Positions 1 to 9,871 of a DNA stretch of 64,000 nt are shown in pieces. Location of the stretch: positions 1 through 64,000 of the IMG/VR virus record IMGVR_UViG_3300028920_000059, one strand, 5' to 3'. The notes beneath the pieces were generated by a model that was given only the letters and a program-made list of their open reading frames with translations, did no database searches and was not told where the DNA came from. The stretch is from a virus. Position 1 is the stretch's first letter; every line of letters begins with the position of its first letter. Position numbers and translations under genes: made by a program.

Positions 1-1
1 C

Positions 2-1225
2 GTTGGCTACAGCTCTGCCCACGACGGACTCGTTCTGGGCATCTCCTCCAAGCCGATCTATCCATACAATGGCCTGACGTTCTGGGGCGGGTATTTTATC
101 GACTCCGGTAGCGCGAACGACTTGGCCCTCAAGCGCAACGGCTCGACCATCCTGACGCTGACGGCTACCGGCATTGAGGTGCTCAAGGATTCTAATGCCG
201 ACTGTTACTTCGGGCCGGTATGGTTAGGATCAACGCAGTATAGCGACCACGCATCGGGCGGCCACATCGACCATGCCGGGACATATCCCGCATGGCGCCA
301 AACCACCGCCGGCGCCACAGTCATCAACACCGCGCCGGGGCAATACTGCTATATTTCGTCCGGTGGTACTGCGGCGTTTGGTTTCGGCGGCAGCTATGTC
401 TATTTGTACCAGACTACCGAGTTCCGCGGTGGCAGCTTTTACCCGCAAACGTCGGGAAAGACACTCGGGCAAAATTCTTATCCCTGGAGCTACGGATATT
501 TTGAGTCCGTGCGTAAATGTGTAGAGATCGACACCAGTGCAGCCGCCGATTTGGCCCTCAAGCGCAACAACACGACCATCCTGACGCTTGAAGCTGCGGG
601 CATGTCCTCGCTCGACGACACTGACGCCACCTACATTTTCGGCCGCGTCAAGATGGGCCTCACACACTCGACGTATCCCGACTACGTCTCTTGGGCGCAT
701 TATGACTGCTTCCCGGTCATTGCCAGTCATGCGGTGCGGCAGTACAGCGACGGCACCACATTTATTGGCTCCGCCGCCGGTAAGCGTATCTGGTTCCGGG
801 TCGGCGGCACCGCGGTCATCGAAGCGCTGGAAACGGCCTATACGTCGCACCAGCATTTTCACCTTGTTTCGGGCAAGCATCTGCGCTGTGTTGACGCGAA
901 TGGTCAGCTCCTCGGCAACGCTATCACCGGAGCTACGTGGGATGCCTACATTCGTTATATCGACTATTGCACGCGGATCGATTCCAAGGCCGCGGCAGAT
1001 ATTGACCTACAATACAATAGCGTCACATCTGCCAGCGTCGTTAGCGCCGGACTGAACCTGGCCAGCGGCAAGGTGTTGCAAGTCAACGGGACGCAGGTGG
1101 TCGCCGCCCGCGTCATCGACGCCGACCTGGGCAACACACCCAACACGGGCGACACAGACACCGACGACATGATTCAGGCACTCGCCGACCTCGTCATTTC
1201 GCACGGCCTCGGGGCCGTGGCATAG
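2..1225 (+). CDS. Fibre-like virion protein, 5'-truncated by the window edge
   Basis: Frame is open from base 2. Gly/Thr/Tyr-rich with repeated modules starting DLALKRNxxTILTL (DNA repeat at about 122 and 551). C-terminal VLQVNGTQVVAAR. Confidence 0.6.
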   Translation, partial: VGYSSAHDGLVLGISSKPIYPYNGLTFWGGYFIDSGSANDLALKRNGSTILTLTATGIEVLKDSNADCYFGPVWLGSTQYSDHASGGHIDHAGTYPAWRQTTAGATVINTAPGQYCYISSGGTAAFGFGGSYVYLYQTTEFRGGSFYPQTSGKTLGQNSYPWSYGYFESVRKCVEIDTSAAADLALKRNNTTILTLEAAGMSSLDDTDATYIFGRVKMGLTHSTYPDYVSWAHYDCFPVIASHAVRQYSDGTTFIGSAAGKRIWFRVGGTAVIEALETAYTSHQHFHLVSGKHLRCVDANGQLLGNAITGATWDAYIRYIDYCTRIDSKAAADIDLQYNSVTSASVVSAGLNLASGKVLQVNGTQVVAARVIDADLGNTPNTGDTDTDDMIQALADLVISHGLGAVA

Positions 1226-1233
1226 GAGCAACC

Positions 1234-1638
1234 ATGAGCATTCCTCAATTCACAGTAACCAAGGGCGCCAAGAGCGCCACGTTTCGCGTTCAAAACATCG
1301 ACTTCCGTTCCAACGGTGCTCGGGAAGTCCCCGTGGAAGGCGGAGAGGAAGGGGAGACGGAGATGGTGGAGGGTAACCCCCGTCTCATCCTCTATCCTGA
1401 GCTGGGAATCCTGGATCCAATGGGCACGGAGATGACTTGGAATGCTGACCAATCCAATTGGCCTAAGAAGGTCAAGGAAAGCATACGGACGTTCGATGGT
1501 GATGCTGTCGAAGCCGCCAAAGCCACTCTCGGATCGGCTCTGCAAGGCAAGACCATAGAGCAGGTCCTTGTCATGATCGCTGTGCAGTGTTTCGATACTG
1601 CCAACGGAACCTCATCCACCATCAACTGGGGAGACTAA
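1234..1638 (+). CDS. Hypothetical protein, possibly fibre-associated
   Basis: AGGAG RBS, 134 aa, directly after the fibre gene. Confidence 0.6.
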   Translation: MSIPQFTVTKGAKSATFRVQNIDFRSNGAREVPVEGGEEGETEMVEGNPRLILYPELGILDPMGTEMTWNADQSNWPKKVKESIRTFDGDAVEAAKATLGSALQGKTIEQVLVMIAVQCFDTANGTSSTINWGD

Positions 1639-1640
1639 CC

Positions 1641-2180
1641 ATGAACCAACCGGCTGAGGCTGACATGCCGGACCTGTCGCCGGGTGCTGTGCCTGACGAA
1701 CCTGCACAACCCGTCAAGGAGGAAGGGGTGGCTAAGCCGGCTCATTATGACCTCGTGCTGAGTCGTGATGCGCTGAGCCTCCTGCTGGTGGCCTTACGCC
1801 AGCCACCGTCCACCACTAAGGACTCAAAATCTTCGGGTCGGACGAATGAGTTCAAAGGACACGACTTGATTCGGGGTGGCGCTGTAGAGCGCAATCTGGA
1901 CGACATGCTCTTTGAAGATATGAGGCCCGTTCCTGAGAAGGCTATCCATGCGGAATGCCCAAAGTGCAAACACGAATTTGAATACCTGGAACCGAAGGAC
2001 GCCAGGGATTATCAAATTCAGGTGCGCAAGTGGGAACGACAGGAACATACTTTCACCGTGACGGAGGCCCAACGGCAGTTGTGCAAGGACTCTGTCCGTC
2101 GCCTCTACAAGTCCGGCAACCTGGGAATCTCCTTCGGCGCCGGCGAGTTAGTTCAGGCCCTTGGTCTGGCGGAGGACTAA
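1641..2180 (+). CDS. Hypothetical protein with CPKC motif
   Basis: GGAG RBS before ATG 1641; tightly packed with neighbours. Confidence 0.55.
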   Translation: MNQPAEADMPDLSPGAVPDEPAQPVKEEGVAKPAHYDLVLSRDALSLLLVALRQPPSTTKDSKSSGRTNEFKGHDLIRGGAVERNLDDMLFEDMRPVPEKAIHAECPKCKHEFEYLEPKDARDYQIQVRKWERQEHTFTVTEAQRQLCKDSVRRLYKSGNLGISFGAGELVQALGLAED

Positions 2181-2182
2181 TC

Positions 2183-2791
2183 ATGCGTTGGCTTCTACTC
2201 CCGCTCCTGTTCCTGGCCTTCGCCGGCTGCGCCCGCAAGCAACCCGCCGCGGATGCCATCGCCGGCGCCCAGGCCATTCTCCAGGAGATTGGCAGCTCCA
2301 CCGCCAGCCACGAAACCAAGCACCGCGTCCACCTCATGACCAAGGGGGTCATCTGGAACGTGGCTGCGGCGGTGTCTACCAAGCTGGAGGACCTACCCCC
2401 ACCGGCGATGGATCCAGCGGCCATCCAGGCCGATCCCATCAAGTACATGGAGGACGCCAAGGCAACCTATGAGGAGTCAACTTCTCCTTGGTGGGGACTT
2501 GCCATGCCGGTTCTTCTGATTCTTGGAGGCGTTGCCGCGGCCTACCTATCCTTCCAATTCCCCTGGCTTGGTCCGATACTGAGCCGGGTATTGGCGCATT
2601 TTAGCGTCCAGAAGGAGCACGCTACCGCCGTCAACGCCGCTCGGGATGCTATTGCTTTGGGCGAGGACCTGAAGCCACTCATCCGACCGGAGGAGGCCAA
2701 GCCCGCTCTCGACAAGGCGCGACTTCTCCAGGAGTTCAACGAAACAAGAAATTTCATCAATACCATTCGCAGCTCAAGGAGTACATCATGA
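2183..2791 (+). CDS. Predicted lipoprotein with an extra TM helix (possibly spanin-like or lysis accessory)
   Basis: GGAGG RBS; MRWLLLPLLFLAFAGC lipobox; hydrophobic WWGLAMPVLLILGGVAAAYL. Confidence 0.55.
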   Translation: MRWLLLPLLFLAFAGCARKQPAADAIAGAQAILQEIGSSTASHETKHRVHLMTKGVIWNVAAAVSTKLEDLPPPAMDPAAIQADPIKYMEDAKATYEESTSPWWGLAMPVLLILGGVAAAYLSFQFPWLGPILSRVLAHFSVQKEHATAVNAARDAIALGEDLKPLIRPEEAKPALDKARLLQEFNETRNFINTIRSSRSTS

Positions 2792-3213
2792 GAATTATTC
2801 GGTTCATCGTATTCGCCCTCCTTCTCTCTCTTGCGCTTCCTACTCTGGCCATAGCCAGCGAAGGGGGCGATCCAGAAGTCGCGGGAGGCACGATCCTCAC
2901 GTCTCTGTGGACCTTCCTCAATAGCCCGCTGGGCATCACCATCGTCGTGGCTGTCCTGTCGTGGATCCTGGGCAAGCTGTTCACGGCCAAGCCGGCGTGG
3001 AAAACCTACGTGGTGAAGTACGGACCTCTGTTGATGCAGGCGGTGAAGTACGCTGAGAAGGAGATCAAGGATGACAACCCCAACAAGGGTCTCGCCCGGC
3101 TTGATTCCGCTCTGAAGTACGTGCTGCTGTTGAAGCCCAAGCTGGACAAGGCGGCGGTCACGGAAGCCCTCACAGCCGTCCACGCCGAAGCTGAACGGGA
3201 CGGAAACCTGTAG
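2788..3213 (+). CDS. Holin-like membrane protein
   Basis: Two hydrophobic segments followed by QAVKYAEK...G...L..AL, reminiscent of LL-H-type holins; ATGA overlap with the upstream gene. Confidence 0.45.
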   Translation: MRIIRFIVFALLLSLALPTLAIASEGGDPEVAGGTILTSLWTFLNSPLGITIVVAVLSWILGKLFTAKPAWKTYVVKYGPLLMQAVKYAEKEIKDDNPNKGLARLDSALKYVLLLKPKLDKAAVTEALTAVHAEAERDGNL

Positions 3214-3222
3214 GAGACAAAC

Positions 3223-3627
3223 ATGGCCCGCACCACAGCAGCCGAAGTGGCAGGGGTGGTGGAGGTTGACTCCTCCATCTCCTTGACCCCGTTCATCACT
3301 ATTGCCAACGAGTTGGTGACGGAGCTGTGCACGGACTCCGATTACTCAACGGCGCGTCTGGTGCTCATTGAAACATGGCTTGCGGCCCACTTCTATCAGA
3401 TGAGGGACCAAGCCGTAGCCAGCGAAAAGGCCGGTTCGGTATCGGTCAACTACCAGTATCGGATCGGCCTCCAGCTCGCCCAAACCAAGCATGGTCAAAC
3501 GGTTATGATGCTAGATACGGCTGGGAACCTCGCGGCGCTTTCCAAGCGGATTGAGGATGGAGAACAGGCGGGGGTGACCTTCAGCTGGATGGGAGAGGAC
3601 TACGATACCGAGGATGAAAGCGACTAG
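3223..3627 (+). CDS. Head-tail adaptor/connector
   Basis: WLAAHF...SEKAGSVSVNY...TKHGQ motif typical of DUF4054-like adaptors; first gene of the neck block. Confidence 0.7.
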   Translation: MARTTAAEVAGVVEVDSSISLTPFITIANELVTELCTDSDYSTARLVLIETWLAAHFYQMRDQAVASEKAGSVSVNYQYRIGLQLAQTKHGQTVMMLDTAGNLAALSKRIEDGEQAGVTFSWMGEDYDTEDESD

Positions 3628-3639
3628 AAAGGCCAAGCC

Positions 3640-3951
3640 ATGCCACCAGATCAACCGCAAACTCTTCCTCGTTGTGCTGCTCTCCGTGAGAGCTGCCAGC
3701 GGGAAATTTTCAATAAAATGGACACGCAGCACAATGAAGTGATGGGGGCGATTGTGGATCTAGAGAAAAAGGTTGCTTACGATGCGGGTCGTGGAGATGC
3801 TTTGAAGCCTAATAGTAAACCACACACCCGAACGCATAAGGACGGACATTCTCTGCTTTTCCAGATCATTGTGGCGTGGTCTTTACCAATAGCCTTTCTT
3901 CTTATCTTGGGTATTATTGCATATCTCAGGATGCAGGGGTATTTGAAGTGA
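3640..3951 (+). CDS. Small membrane protein
   Basis: C-terminal TM segment LLFQIIVAWSLPIAFLLILGIIAYL. Confidence 0.5.
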   Translation: MPPDQPQTLPRCAALRESCQREIFNKMDTQHNEVMGAIVDLEKKVAYDAGRGDALKPNSKPHTRTHKDGHSLLFQIIVAWSLPIAFLLILGIIAYLRMQGYLK

Positions 3952-4310
3952 GCGCAGCCACGGACAACCTTGGGTTAGCCACTCGGGCCATGAAGCAGAA
4001 GGCCATCTATTGGGGCCTGCTGGATGTGGACGAGTATGGAAAGCCCAATCCTGCCTCACCGGTAGAGATCAGTTGCCGGTGGGAGCAGGTGTCCGTGGAG
4101 TTTGTCGAACCTAATGGCGAACGGGCTTTGAGCCGGGCGCGGTTGATTGTGGACCGGGACCTGGAGGTGAAGGGCAAGCTCAAGCTGGGCGCCTACGACG
4201 AAAAGATCCAGGAGGACCCGGACCGCAATAATGACGTGTACGAGATCCGCCAATTCAACAAGACTCCCAACTTCCGCGGCACCAAATATATTCGGGAGGT
4301 GTTCCTCTAA
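3948..4310 (+). CDS. Head closure / head-tail joining protein
   Basis: GTG start overlapping the upstream stop; DEYGKP...CRWE motif; position in neck block. Confidence 0.6.
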   Translation: MSAATDNLGLATRAMKQKAIYWGLLDVDEYGKPNPASPVEISCRWEQVSVEFVEPNGERALSRARLIVDRDLEVKGKLKLGAYDEKIQEDPDRNNDVYEIRQFNKTPNFRGTKYIREVFL

Positions 4311-4669
4311 TGGTTGGCATGCTAAATGTCGTTGGTGTTGCAGGAGTTCGCCGGGCTATGCGGATGAGCGCCGGGACGCGAATTGCCGTAGAACGGGGAC
4401 TAAAGCGAGCCGGGTTGTTTGTCCAGCGGGAGTCCCAGAAGATTGTTCCTGTGGACACCGGCGCCCTCAAGAACAGCGCCGGGACCTCCAGCACGGGGTT
4501 CGGTTGGAACACAACCGTTGCGGTTTTCTACACTCAGTCGTATGCCATCTATGTCCACGAGCGGACGGAGCTACGTCACAAGCCGGGCAAGCGAGCCAAG
4601 TTCTTGGAAAGCGTAGTCCGTGAACAGCGTGCCCGCATCCTGGCCATCATCGCGGGGATTGGAAAATGA
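4310..4669 (+). CDS. HK97 gp10-like tail completion/neck protein
   Basis: SQKIVPVDTGALKNS...YAIYVHE motif. Confidence 0.75.
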   Translation: MVGMLNVVGVAGVRRAMRMSAGTRIAVERGLKRAGLFVQRESQKIVPVDTGALKNSAGTSSTGFGWNTTVAVFYTQSYAIYVHERTELRHKPGKRAKFLESVVREQRARILAIIAGIGK

Positions 4670-5133
4670 ACACCTCCCCTGCCAAGGTACTCCGCGAATA
4701 CTTGCTCAAGGAAGGGCTGGTCGAGGAGAACGGCCCGAATACTGATTGGGCCAGCTATGTCGGCAGCCTGCCGGACAACGCCAACCCTGCAAGCAACGCC
4801 GCTCGCATCTCTGACAACATCGTCGCCGTCATGGATACCACCCCGGTCAAGGACGGACGGCTCATGTCGGGTGTCAATATCCTGCACTACGGACTGCAGG
4901 TATTGGTACGGGCAGTGAAGCGCAGCGACGGGTATCAGAAGTGCGAAGCCATAGCTGCAGCTCTTGAGGCTGTGGATGGTGCAACTCAGGTCGTAGGCAG
5001 GTACACCTATACCTTTCACAACATCAGCCAGGTCACCGGGACGGTGTCACTAGGACAAGAAGAAGAATCCACCAAACGCCGGGAACTGTTTTCCATCAAC
5101 TTCTTGGCGACTATCCAGGAGGAAGTAACATGA
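4666..5133 (+). CDS. Tail terminator / minor capsid-like protein
   Basis: LQVLVRA and terminal RELFSINF motifs; sits directly before the tail tube gene. Confidence 0.6.
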   Translation: MNTSPAKVLREYLLKEGLVEENGPNTDWASYVGSLPDNANPASNAARISDNIVAVMDTTPVKDGRLMSGVNILHYGLQVLVRAVKRSDGYQKCEAIAAALEAVDGATQVVGRYTYTFHNISQVTGTVSLGQEEESTKRRELFSINFLATIQEEVT

Positions 5134-5552
5134 GCAGAATGGACGATGGCTTTAGCACGCTGATTGAGTTCGACGAGGATTCCAGTGTGCAGATGTGGGA
5201 GAAGGAGGTCACTCCCCCGGGCGTTTCCGGTGGCGGGGCCAACGAAACTTCCACCATGCAGAACACCACTTGGCGGACCAAGTCGCCGAAGGGTCTGATC
5301 GACCTTTCCGATGCGTCCGTCACGGTGGCGTACGACCCAGCGGTGTACGATGAGATCATCGCCATGGTCAATACGAACCAGCAAATCACCATCACCTTCC
5401 CGGACAGCTCCACGCTGGTCTTCTGGGGCTGGATCGATGAGTTCACGCCGAATGCGAACGTGGAAGGTGAGCAGCCGACCGCGGAACTCACCATCATCCC
5501 GTCCAACCAGAACGGGTCGGGGGTGGAGACGGCGCCGGTTTACGCTGCGTAG
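5130..5552 (+). CDS. Major tail (tube) protein
   Basis: 140 aa with VTPPG, ITITFPD...FWGWI; between terminator and chaperone genes. Confidence 0.7.
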   Translation: MSRMDDGFSTLIEFDEDSSVQMWEKEVTPPGVSGGGANETSTMQNTTWRTKSPKGLIDLSDASVTVAYDPAVYDEIIAMVNTNQQITITFPDSSTLVFWGWIDEFTPNANVEGEQPTAELTIIPSNQNGSGVETAPVYAA

Positions 5553-5608
5553 GCGTAAGGTTCCGGTACTAGCGGCTGAACACCAAACAACTAGGGAAGG
5601 AGTATGAC

Positions 5609-5974
5609 ATGACGGAACCACTACGGCTGAGCCTGCAACTGAAGACACTGCCGGTCATCTTGGTCGGGGAAAATGGTGAGGAACGCAACTACACCATCAC
5701 CGAGCTCACGGGTCGTGAGCGCAATAAGTACCTGACCAAGATGACCAGCAGAGTCAAGGTCGATAAGCGGGGGAACATCGCTGGCTTCAAAACCTTCGAT
5801 GGCACGCAATCGGACCTGCTCCGTATGTGCCTGAAGGATGAAGCGGGTGAGCCAATGTCCGTTGAGGACATCGAGGAAATCCCCAGCGAGGCCCAGGAGC
5901 AACTCTTCAAGGCGGCGCAGGAGCTTTCCGGTCTGAATAAGGGTCTGGACGCGGACGCGGAAAAAAACGACTGA
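5609..5974 (+). CDS. Tail assembly chaperone (gpG-like)
   Basis: Between tail tube and tape measure; ends GAA AAA AAC GAC TGA. Confidence 0.75.
   Translation: MTEPLRLSLQLKTLPVILVGENGEERNYTITELTGRERNKYLTKMTSRVKVDKRGNIAGFKTFDGTQSDLLRMCLKDEAGEPMSVEDIEEIPSEAQEQLFKAAQELSGLNKGLDADAEKND
5962..5968 (+). other. -1 ribosomal frameshift slippery heptamer A AAA AAC
   Basis: X XXY YYZ heptamer in the chaperone frame; the -1 frame is open to 6423. Confidence 0.8.
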
Positions 5975-6423
5975 GGGGTGAGGAGCTGCTATGGTATCGG
6001 GTAGCGTCTCACCTCGGCCGCACCGTCCAGGAGGCCCAAGACACCATCACGTCCACCGAGTTCCTCGATTGGATTTGGTACTTGGATTGGCTGGACACCG
6101 AAGCGTTCGACCGGAAGGACTATTACTTGGCGCAAATCGCGGCGAGCGTAGAGCGGACTTTTGCCAAGAAGGGCTCCCGTATTTCCATCGAAAAGAAGCT
6201 GCTCAAGTTCACCCACAGGAAACAGCGGTTGGAGCCTGCCGACGCTATACAGGTAAGCAAGAACCACTGGTTCGCTGTTACGGGGGTCAGCCGAAGCAAG
6301 ACAAAGCCCCAGGTTCGTCGCAAACCGCCACCCGTATCCCGCAAGGGGAAGAAGAAAAAGTCCCGGCGTGGGCCACCTGTGCACGCTACAGGGGCGAATA
6401 AGCGTAGAGGCGCGGAGGAGTAG
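5968..6423 (+). CDS. Tail assembly chaperone frameshift extension (gpGT-like)
   Basis: -1 frame reads RLRGEELLWYRVASHLGRTVQEAQDTITSTEFLDW, a typical T-extension; no good start of its own. Confidence 0.75.
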   Translation, partial: RLRGEELLWYRVASHLGRTVQEAQDTITSTEFLDWIWYLDWLDTEAFDRKDYYLAQIAASVERTFAKKGSRISIEKKLLKFTHRKQRLEPADAIQVSKNHWFAVTGVSRSKTKPQVRRKPPPVSRKGKKKKSRRGPPVHATGANKRRGAEE

Positions 6424-6425
6424 CC

Positions 6426-8486
6426 ATGTTTTCGGAAAGCCTGGGCCATTTGGTGGTCTATCTCAATGCGAACACCCTGCAGTACCGGGCGGCGCTGACG
6501 GCCGCCCAGCAGTTCACCGCCCAGGTTGCCACCCAGATCACGCTCCTGGGCCGGCGCATGTTTATGTCCCTCACTCTCCCCATCGCCCTCATTGGCGGTA
6601 TGGCCATCAAGGCCTTCGCTAAATTCGATGATGCCATGAACCAGTCCTTGGCGATCATGGGGAAGGTGCCGCCAAAAATTAGAGCGGAGATGGAACAAAC
6701 CGCAAAGGACATTGCGAGTAAATCGATCACTGCCCCGGAGAAACTGGCTGAAAGTTACTTCTTCCTGGCAAGTGCCGGCATGTCGGCCCAGCAATCCATG
6801 AAGGCCCTCCCGGTGGTGGAGAAATTTGCTGTGGCCGGCATGTTCGACATGCAAAATGCGGTGACCCTTCTCAACGACTCCATGTCGGCTCTTGGCATGA
6901 AAACCGAGGACGCTACTCAGAACATGATCCGTATGCGGGAGGTGGGCGATGTATTGGTGAAGGCCAATACCCTGGCGAATGCAACGGTGGAGCAGTTCGC
7001 TACCTCGCTGACCTCTAAGGCTGGCGCTGCGATGAAGGCATATAACATCAGCCTTCGTGAAGGCGTTGCGGTCCTGGCAGCCTACGCCGACAAGGGCATC
7101 AAGGCCGAGCTTGCCGGCAACATGATGGGCCGGATGCTGCGTCTGACCATCAAGGCAATCGTAGAGAACGAAAGTGCCTGGAAGAAGTTCAACATCCGTA
7201 CCCAAGACGCCGAAGGTAATCTCCCACCCCTTGCGGATCTTATTGAAGATATCACTGCGGCTTTGGAGGGTATGGGGGCAGTACAGAAGGCGGCGGCCCT
7301 TGAGATGTTGGGCTTCAAGGCTCGGTCGCAGCAAACTATCCTCCCCCTGCTCGGAGCATCCAACGCCATTCGGGATTACTACAAGGAGCTGGAAAAGGCC
7401 AACGGCATCACCAAGGAAGTCGCTGAGAAGCAACTTATGTCGTTCATTTCGCAGATGAAGATTCTGTGGAACAACATCAAGCTCATGGGGATTGAAATTG
7501 GTGCTGTCCTGGCCCCGGCCCTCGTTGAAATGGCGACTTACATCAAGGGACTTACCCAATGGTTCCGCGGCTTGAGTGATACCACCAAGGCTTGGATTGT
7601 CGGCGGCGCGATATTTGTCGCTATGATCGGTCTTGCCTTGTTGGTGGTTGGTTCGCTGGCCACTGCCATCTCCAGCTTGATCGGTCTCCTCGCCACGGTC
7701 GGCATTGTGGGTCTGGCGTTTGCCGCGGCCCTCGTAGTGGTTGCTACGGCAATTCTCTTTGTCGTTGACGCTTTTTCGGCCGGTGAGCTTGGGCTTATTG
7801 AGTTGGTACGGTCCTTCCGTCTCTTTGGAATAAAGGTCGGGACAATTATTGACATGGTGTCCTCCGACATTGTACGGACCTGGGATTGGATGTACTTCAG
7901 TATGCTGGAAGGCTTTGAAGTAGTCTACAAGGGGCTGCGTAAGGGCTTCCACGATATATATACAGAGGTTCTCAATCTTGTGCAGGGCGTTGCCAGTATT
8001 CTGGACAATGTACTCGGTACAGGTTTGGCGGTGAAGGTAGATAGCCTGATTGCCAATGAGGAAAAGGCATACGCTGCCAGCGTGGGGGATTCTATTGGTA
8101 AGCTCAAGGAGCTTCGCGAGGAGCGGAAGAAAAATGACAATTACTGGTCGGCGGCCCAGGCACAACTCATCAAGGACGACGTCAAGGAGAAAACCTTGGC
8201 GGAGGAAACAGCCGCCCAACGCAAGAAGGACATTGAGGGGCAAATCAACCTCATGAGGAAAAAGATGGAGCTGGCCAAAGCGGGGGGCATGGATTCCAGC
8301 GGCCTCGGACTCTCCACTACGTCGGAAAAGGAATTCAAGACCATGTCCCTGCGACGGTTCAGCTTGGCTTCCGTGGAATCCGGCTCCCACCAAACGCAAG
8401 AGGTCCGTGACGAAGGGGTCATTGCGAAGCTGGATGAACTCATCTCCAAAATGCACCCACTCGCTCAGAAAGCAATCCTGGGGTAA
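6426..8486 (+). CDS. Tape measure protein (TP901-like core)
   Basis: 686 aa, Ala-rich helical; FDDAM...LAESYFFLASAG...GIKAELAG motifs; hydrophobic central region. Confidence 0.9.
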   Translation: MFSESLGHLVVYLNANTLQYRAALTAAQQFTAQVATQITLLGRRMFMSLTLPIALIGGMAIKAFAKFDDAMNQSLAIMGKVPPKIRAEMEQTAKDIASKSITAPEKLAESYFFLASAGMSAQQSMKALPVVEKFAVAGMFDMQNAVTLLNDSMSALGMKTEDATQNMIRMREVGDVLVKANTLANATVEQFATSLTSKAGAAMKAYNISLREGVAVLAAYADKGIKAELAGNMMGRMLRLTIKAIVENESAWKKFNIRTQDAEGNLPPLADLIEDITAALEGMGAVQKAAALEMLGFKARSQQTILPLLGASNAIRDYYKELEKANGITKEVAEKQLMSFISQMKILWNNIKLMGIEIGAVLAPALVEMATYIKGLTQWFRGLSDTTKAWIVGGAIFVAMIGLALLVVGSLATAISSLIGLLATVGIVGLAFAAALVVVATAILFVVDAFSAGELGLIELVRSFRLFGIKVGTIIDMVSSDIVRTWDWMYFSMLEGFEVVYKGLRKGFHDIYTEVLNLVQGVASILDNVLGTGLAVKVDSLIANEEKAYAASVGDSIGKLKELREERKKNDNYWSAAQAQLIKDDVKEKTLAEETAAQRKKDIEGQINLMRKKMELAKAGGMDSSGLGLSTTSEKEFKTMSLRRFSLASVESGSHQTQEVRDEGVIAKLDELISKMHPLAQKAILG

Positions 8487-8492
8487 AGCACC

Positions 8493-9329
8493 ATGGCTGA
8501 AAAAGCATATATCGACCACATAGAAGTTCTGGAAGCCTCCGAGCGCCATGGTGCACTTCGGCGGTTGGTACGGGCATGCTATGTGAACGGGATTGATACA
8601 ACCACTTGGGAGCTTCTCACTCAAGGTTTGGATAATGCTGAGGTACCTCAGTATGGAAGCTATCTCACCGACGCGGCGGTCAACGCTTCGGACCTCATGC
8701 TGGTGGAACGCAATCCCCGCATTCAAGACAAGAACTCCGTCATGGTGGAGTTGGTCTACGAAAACTTCATGGACCTGCCCGAGAATCTGGACAATCCCCG
8801 TGGCGGGTACATCGGTGGCGAGGTGCGTTGCAACCTGCAGCAGAAAACTTCCAACCTGGACATCAATGGCGACCAAATCACGGTCTCCCATCACTACCCT
8901 GAGGATGATCCGCAGTACCCAGACGAAACCAAAACCCAGGGTGGTGAGATCCAATACTTCGAACCGCAGCGGGCCATCCACATCCGTGGCATCAAGCAAA
9001 CCCAGACCCCGTGGCTCCTCGCTAATGCCATTATCGGTCGAGTCAATAATGCCACCTGGAGCGGCGAGGCGGCCCGGACTTGGTTGTGTACTGGGGTGCG
9101 CTGGAAGCTGGCATGGTTGGGACCGGGGGCCACTGGACTCCATAGGTATTTCCTCGACTTTGAATTTCAGTACGACGCCGATACCTGGGACCCAACGGTG
9201 GTATTCATAGACGATCGCACAGGTAAGCCCCCGCCGGATCTCGTTGAAGGGACGGGATACAAGACCATCACCAAAATGCCTTCGTGCAACTTTGACTCCG
9301 TTATCGGTGCACAACTGCAGGGGGCGTGA
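8493..9329 (+). CDS. Tail tip / distal tail protein (putative)
   Basis: Directly downstream of tape measure; 278 aa. Confidence 0.5.
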   Translation: MAEKAYIDHIEVLEASERHGALRRLVRACYVNGIDTTTWELLTQGLDNAEVPQYGSYLTDAAVNASDLMLVERNPRIQDKNSVMVELVYENFMDLPENLDNPRGGYIGGEVRCNLQQKTSNLDINGDQITVSHHYPEDDPQYPDETKTQGGEIQYFEPQRAIHIRGIKQTQTPWLLANAIIGRVNNATWSGEAARTWLCTGVRWKLAWLGPGATGLHRYFLDFEFQYDADTWDPTVVFIDDRTGKPPPDLVEGTGYKTITKMPSCNFDSVIGAQLQGA

Positions 9330-9871
9330 TGGCTGAAGACTGGACCGCTACCAAGCAAGCCAACGGCCATTGGCTGTTCACGTGGGACATGGAAAGTTAC
9401 GCGGACAGTAACATCGCTTATGATATTTGGCTGGATGGTGAACTGGTAGATACGGTGATCGGCGTAGATGAGTGGGAGTGCATGCTGGATGGTTACGATG
9501 CCGCCCCACCGCCCGTTGAAATTCTGGAGGATGAAAGCGGGGTGTTCGCCGAAAACGAATTGTATCCTCCCTATGCCATTCTCCAATGGCGGGGCACCAC
9601 TGATGCCTCTGGCTATCAAGTGCAGCGGCTGGTCGGGGCGACTTGGCAGACCCGTGATACCATTACCGAACGGGCCAAGGGCTGGTATTACCACAAGACC
9701 CAAGCTATGGATGATGATACTCAGGAAACCTTCCGCGTGCGGGCCTTGGATGAGCGTGGCAACGCCGGCAGCCCCCTCTCCTTCATTTTCACCTTGGCGA
9801 GGAACCCCGCCCCACCTGACGTGACGCTGTCTGTGGATTCTGTAGGTGACGTGCAAGTGGAGGAAGCCTAA
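9326..9871 (+). CDS. Tail-associated protein, Fn3/Ig-like
   Basis: LQWRG..DASGYQVQR...FRVRALDERGN resembles Fn3 strands. Confidence 0.5.
   Translation: MMAEDWTATKQANGHWLFTWDMESYADSNIAYDIWLDGELVDTVIGVDEWECMLDGYDAAPPPVEILEDESGVFAENELYPPYAILQWRGTTDASGYQVQRLVGATWQTRDTITERAKGWYYHKTQAMDDDTQETFRVRALDERGNAGSPLSFIFTLARNPAPPDVTLSVDSVGDVQVEEA

Noticed and set aside
122-590. DGR template/variable repeat in the fibre gene
   Set aside because: The repeat is short, its differences are not adenine-specific, and no reverse transcriptase is visible.
6123-9314. 1063-aa - strand ORF
   Set aside because: Antisense shadow of the tape measure and tail genes, with no motifs.
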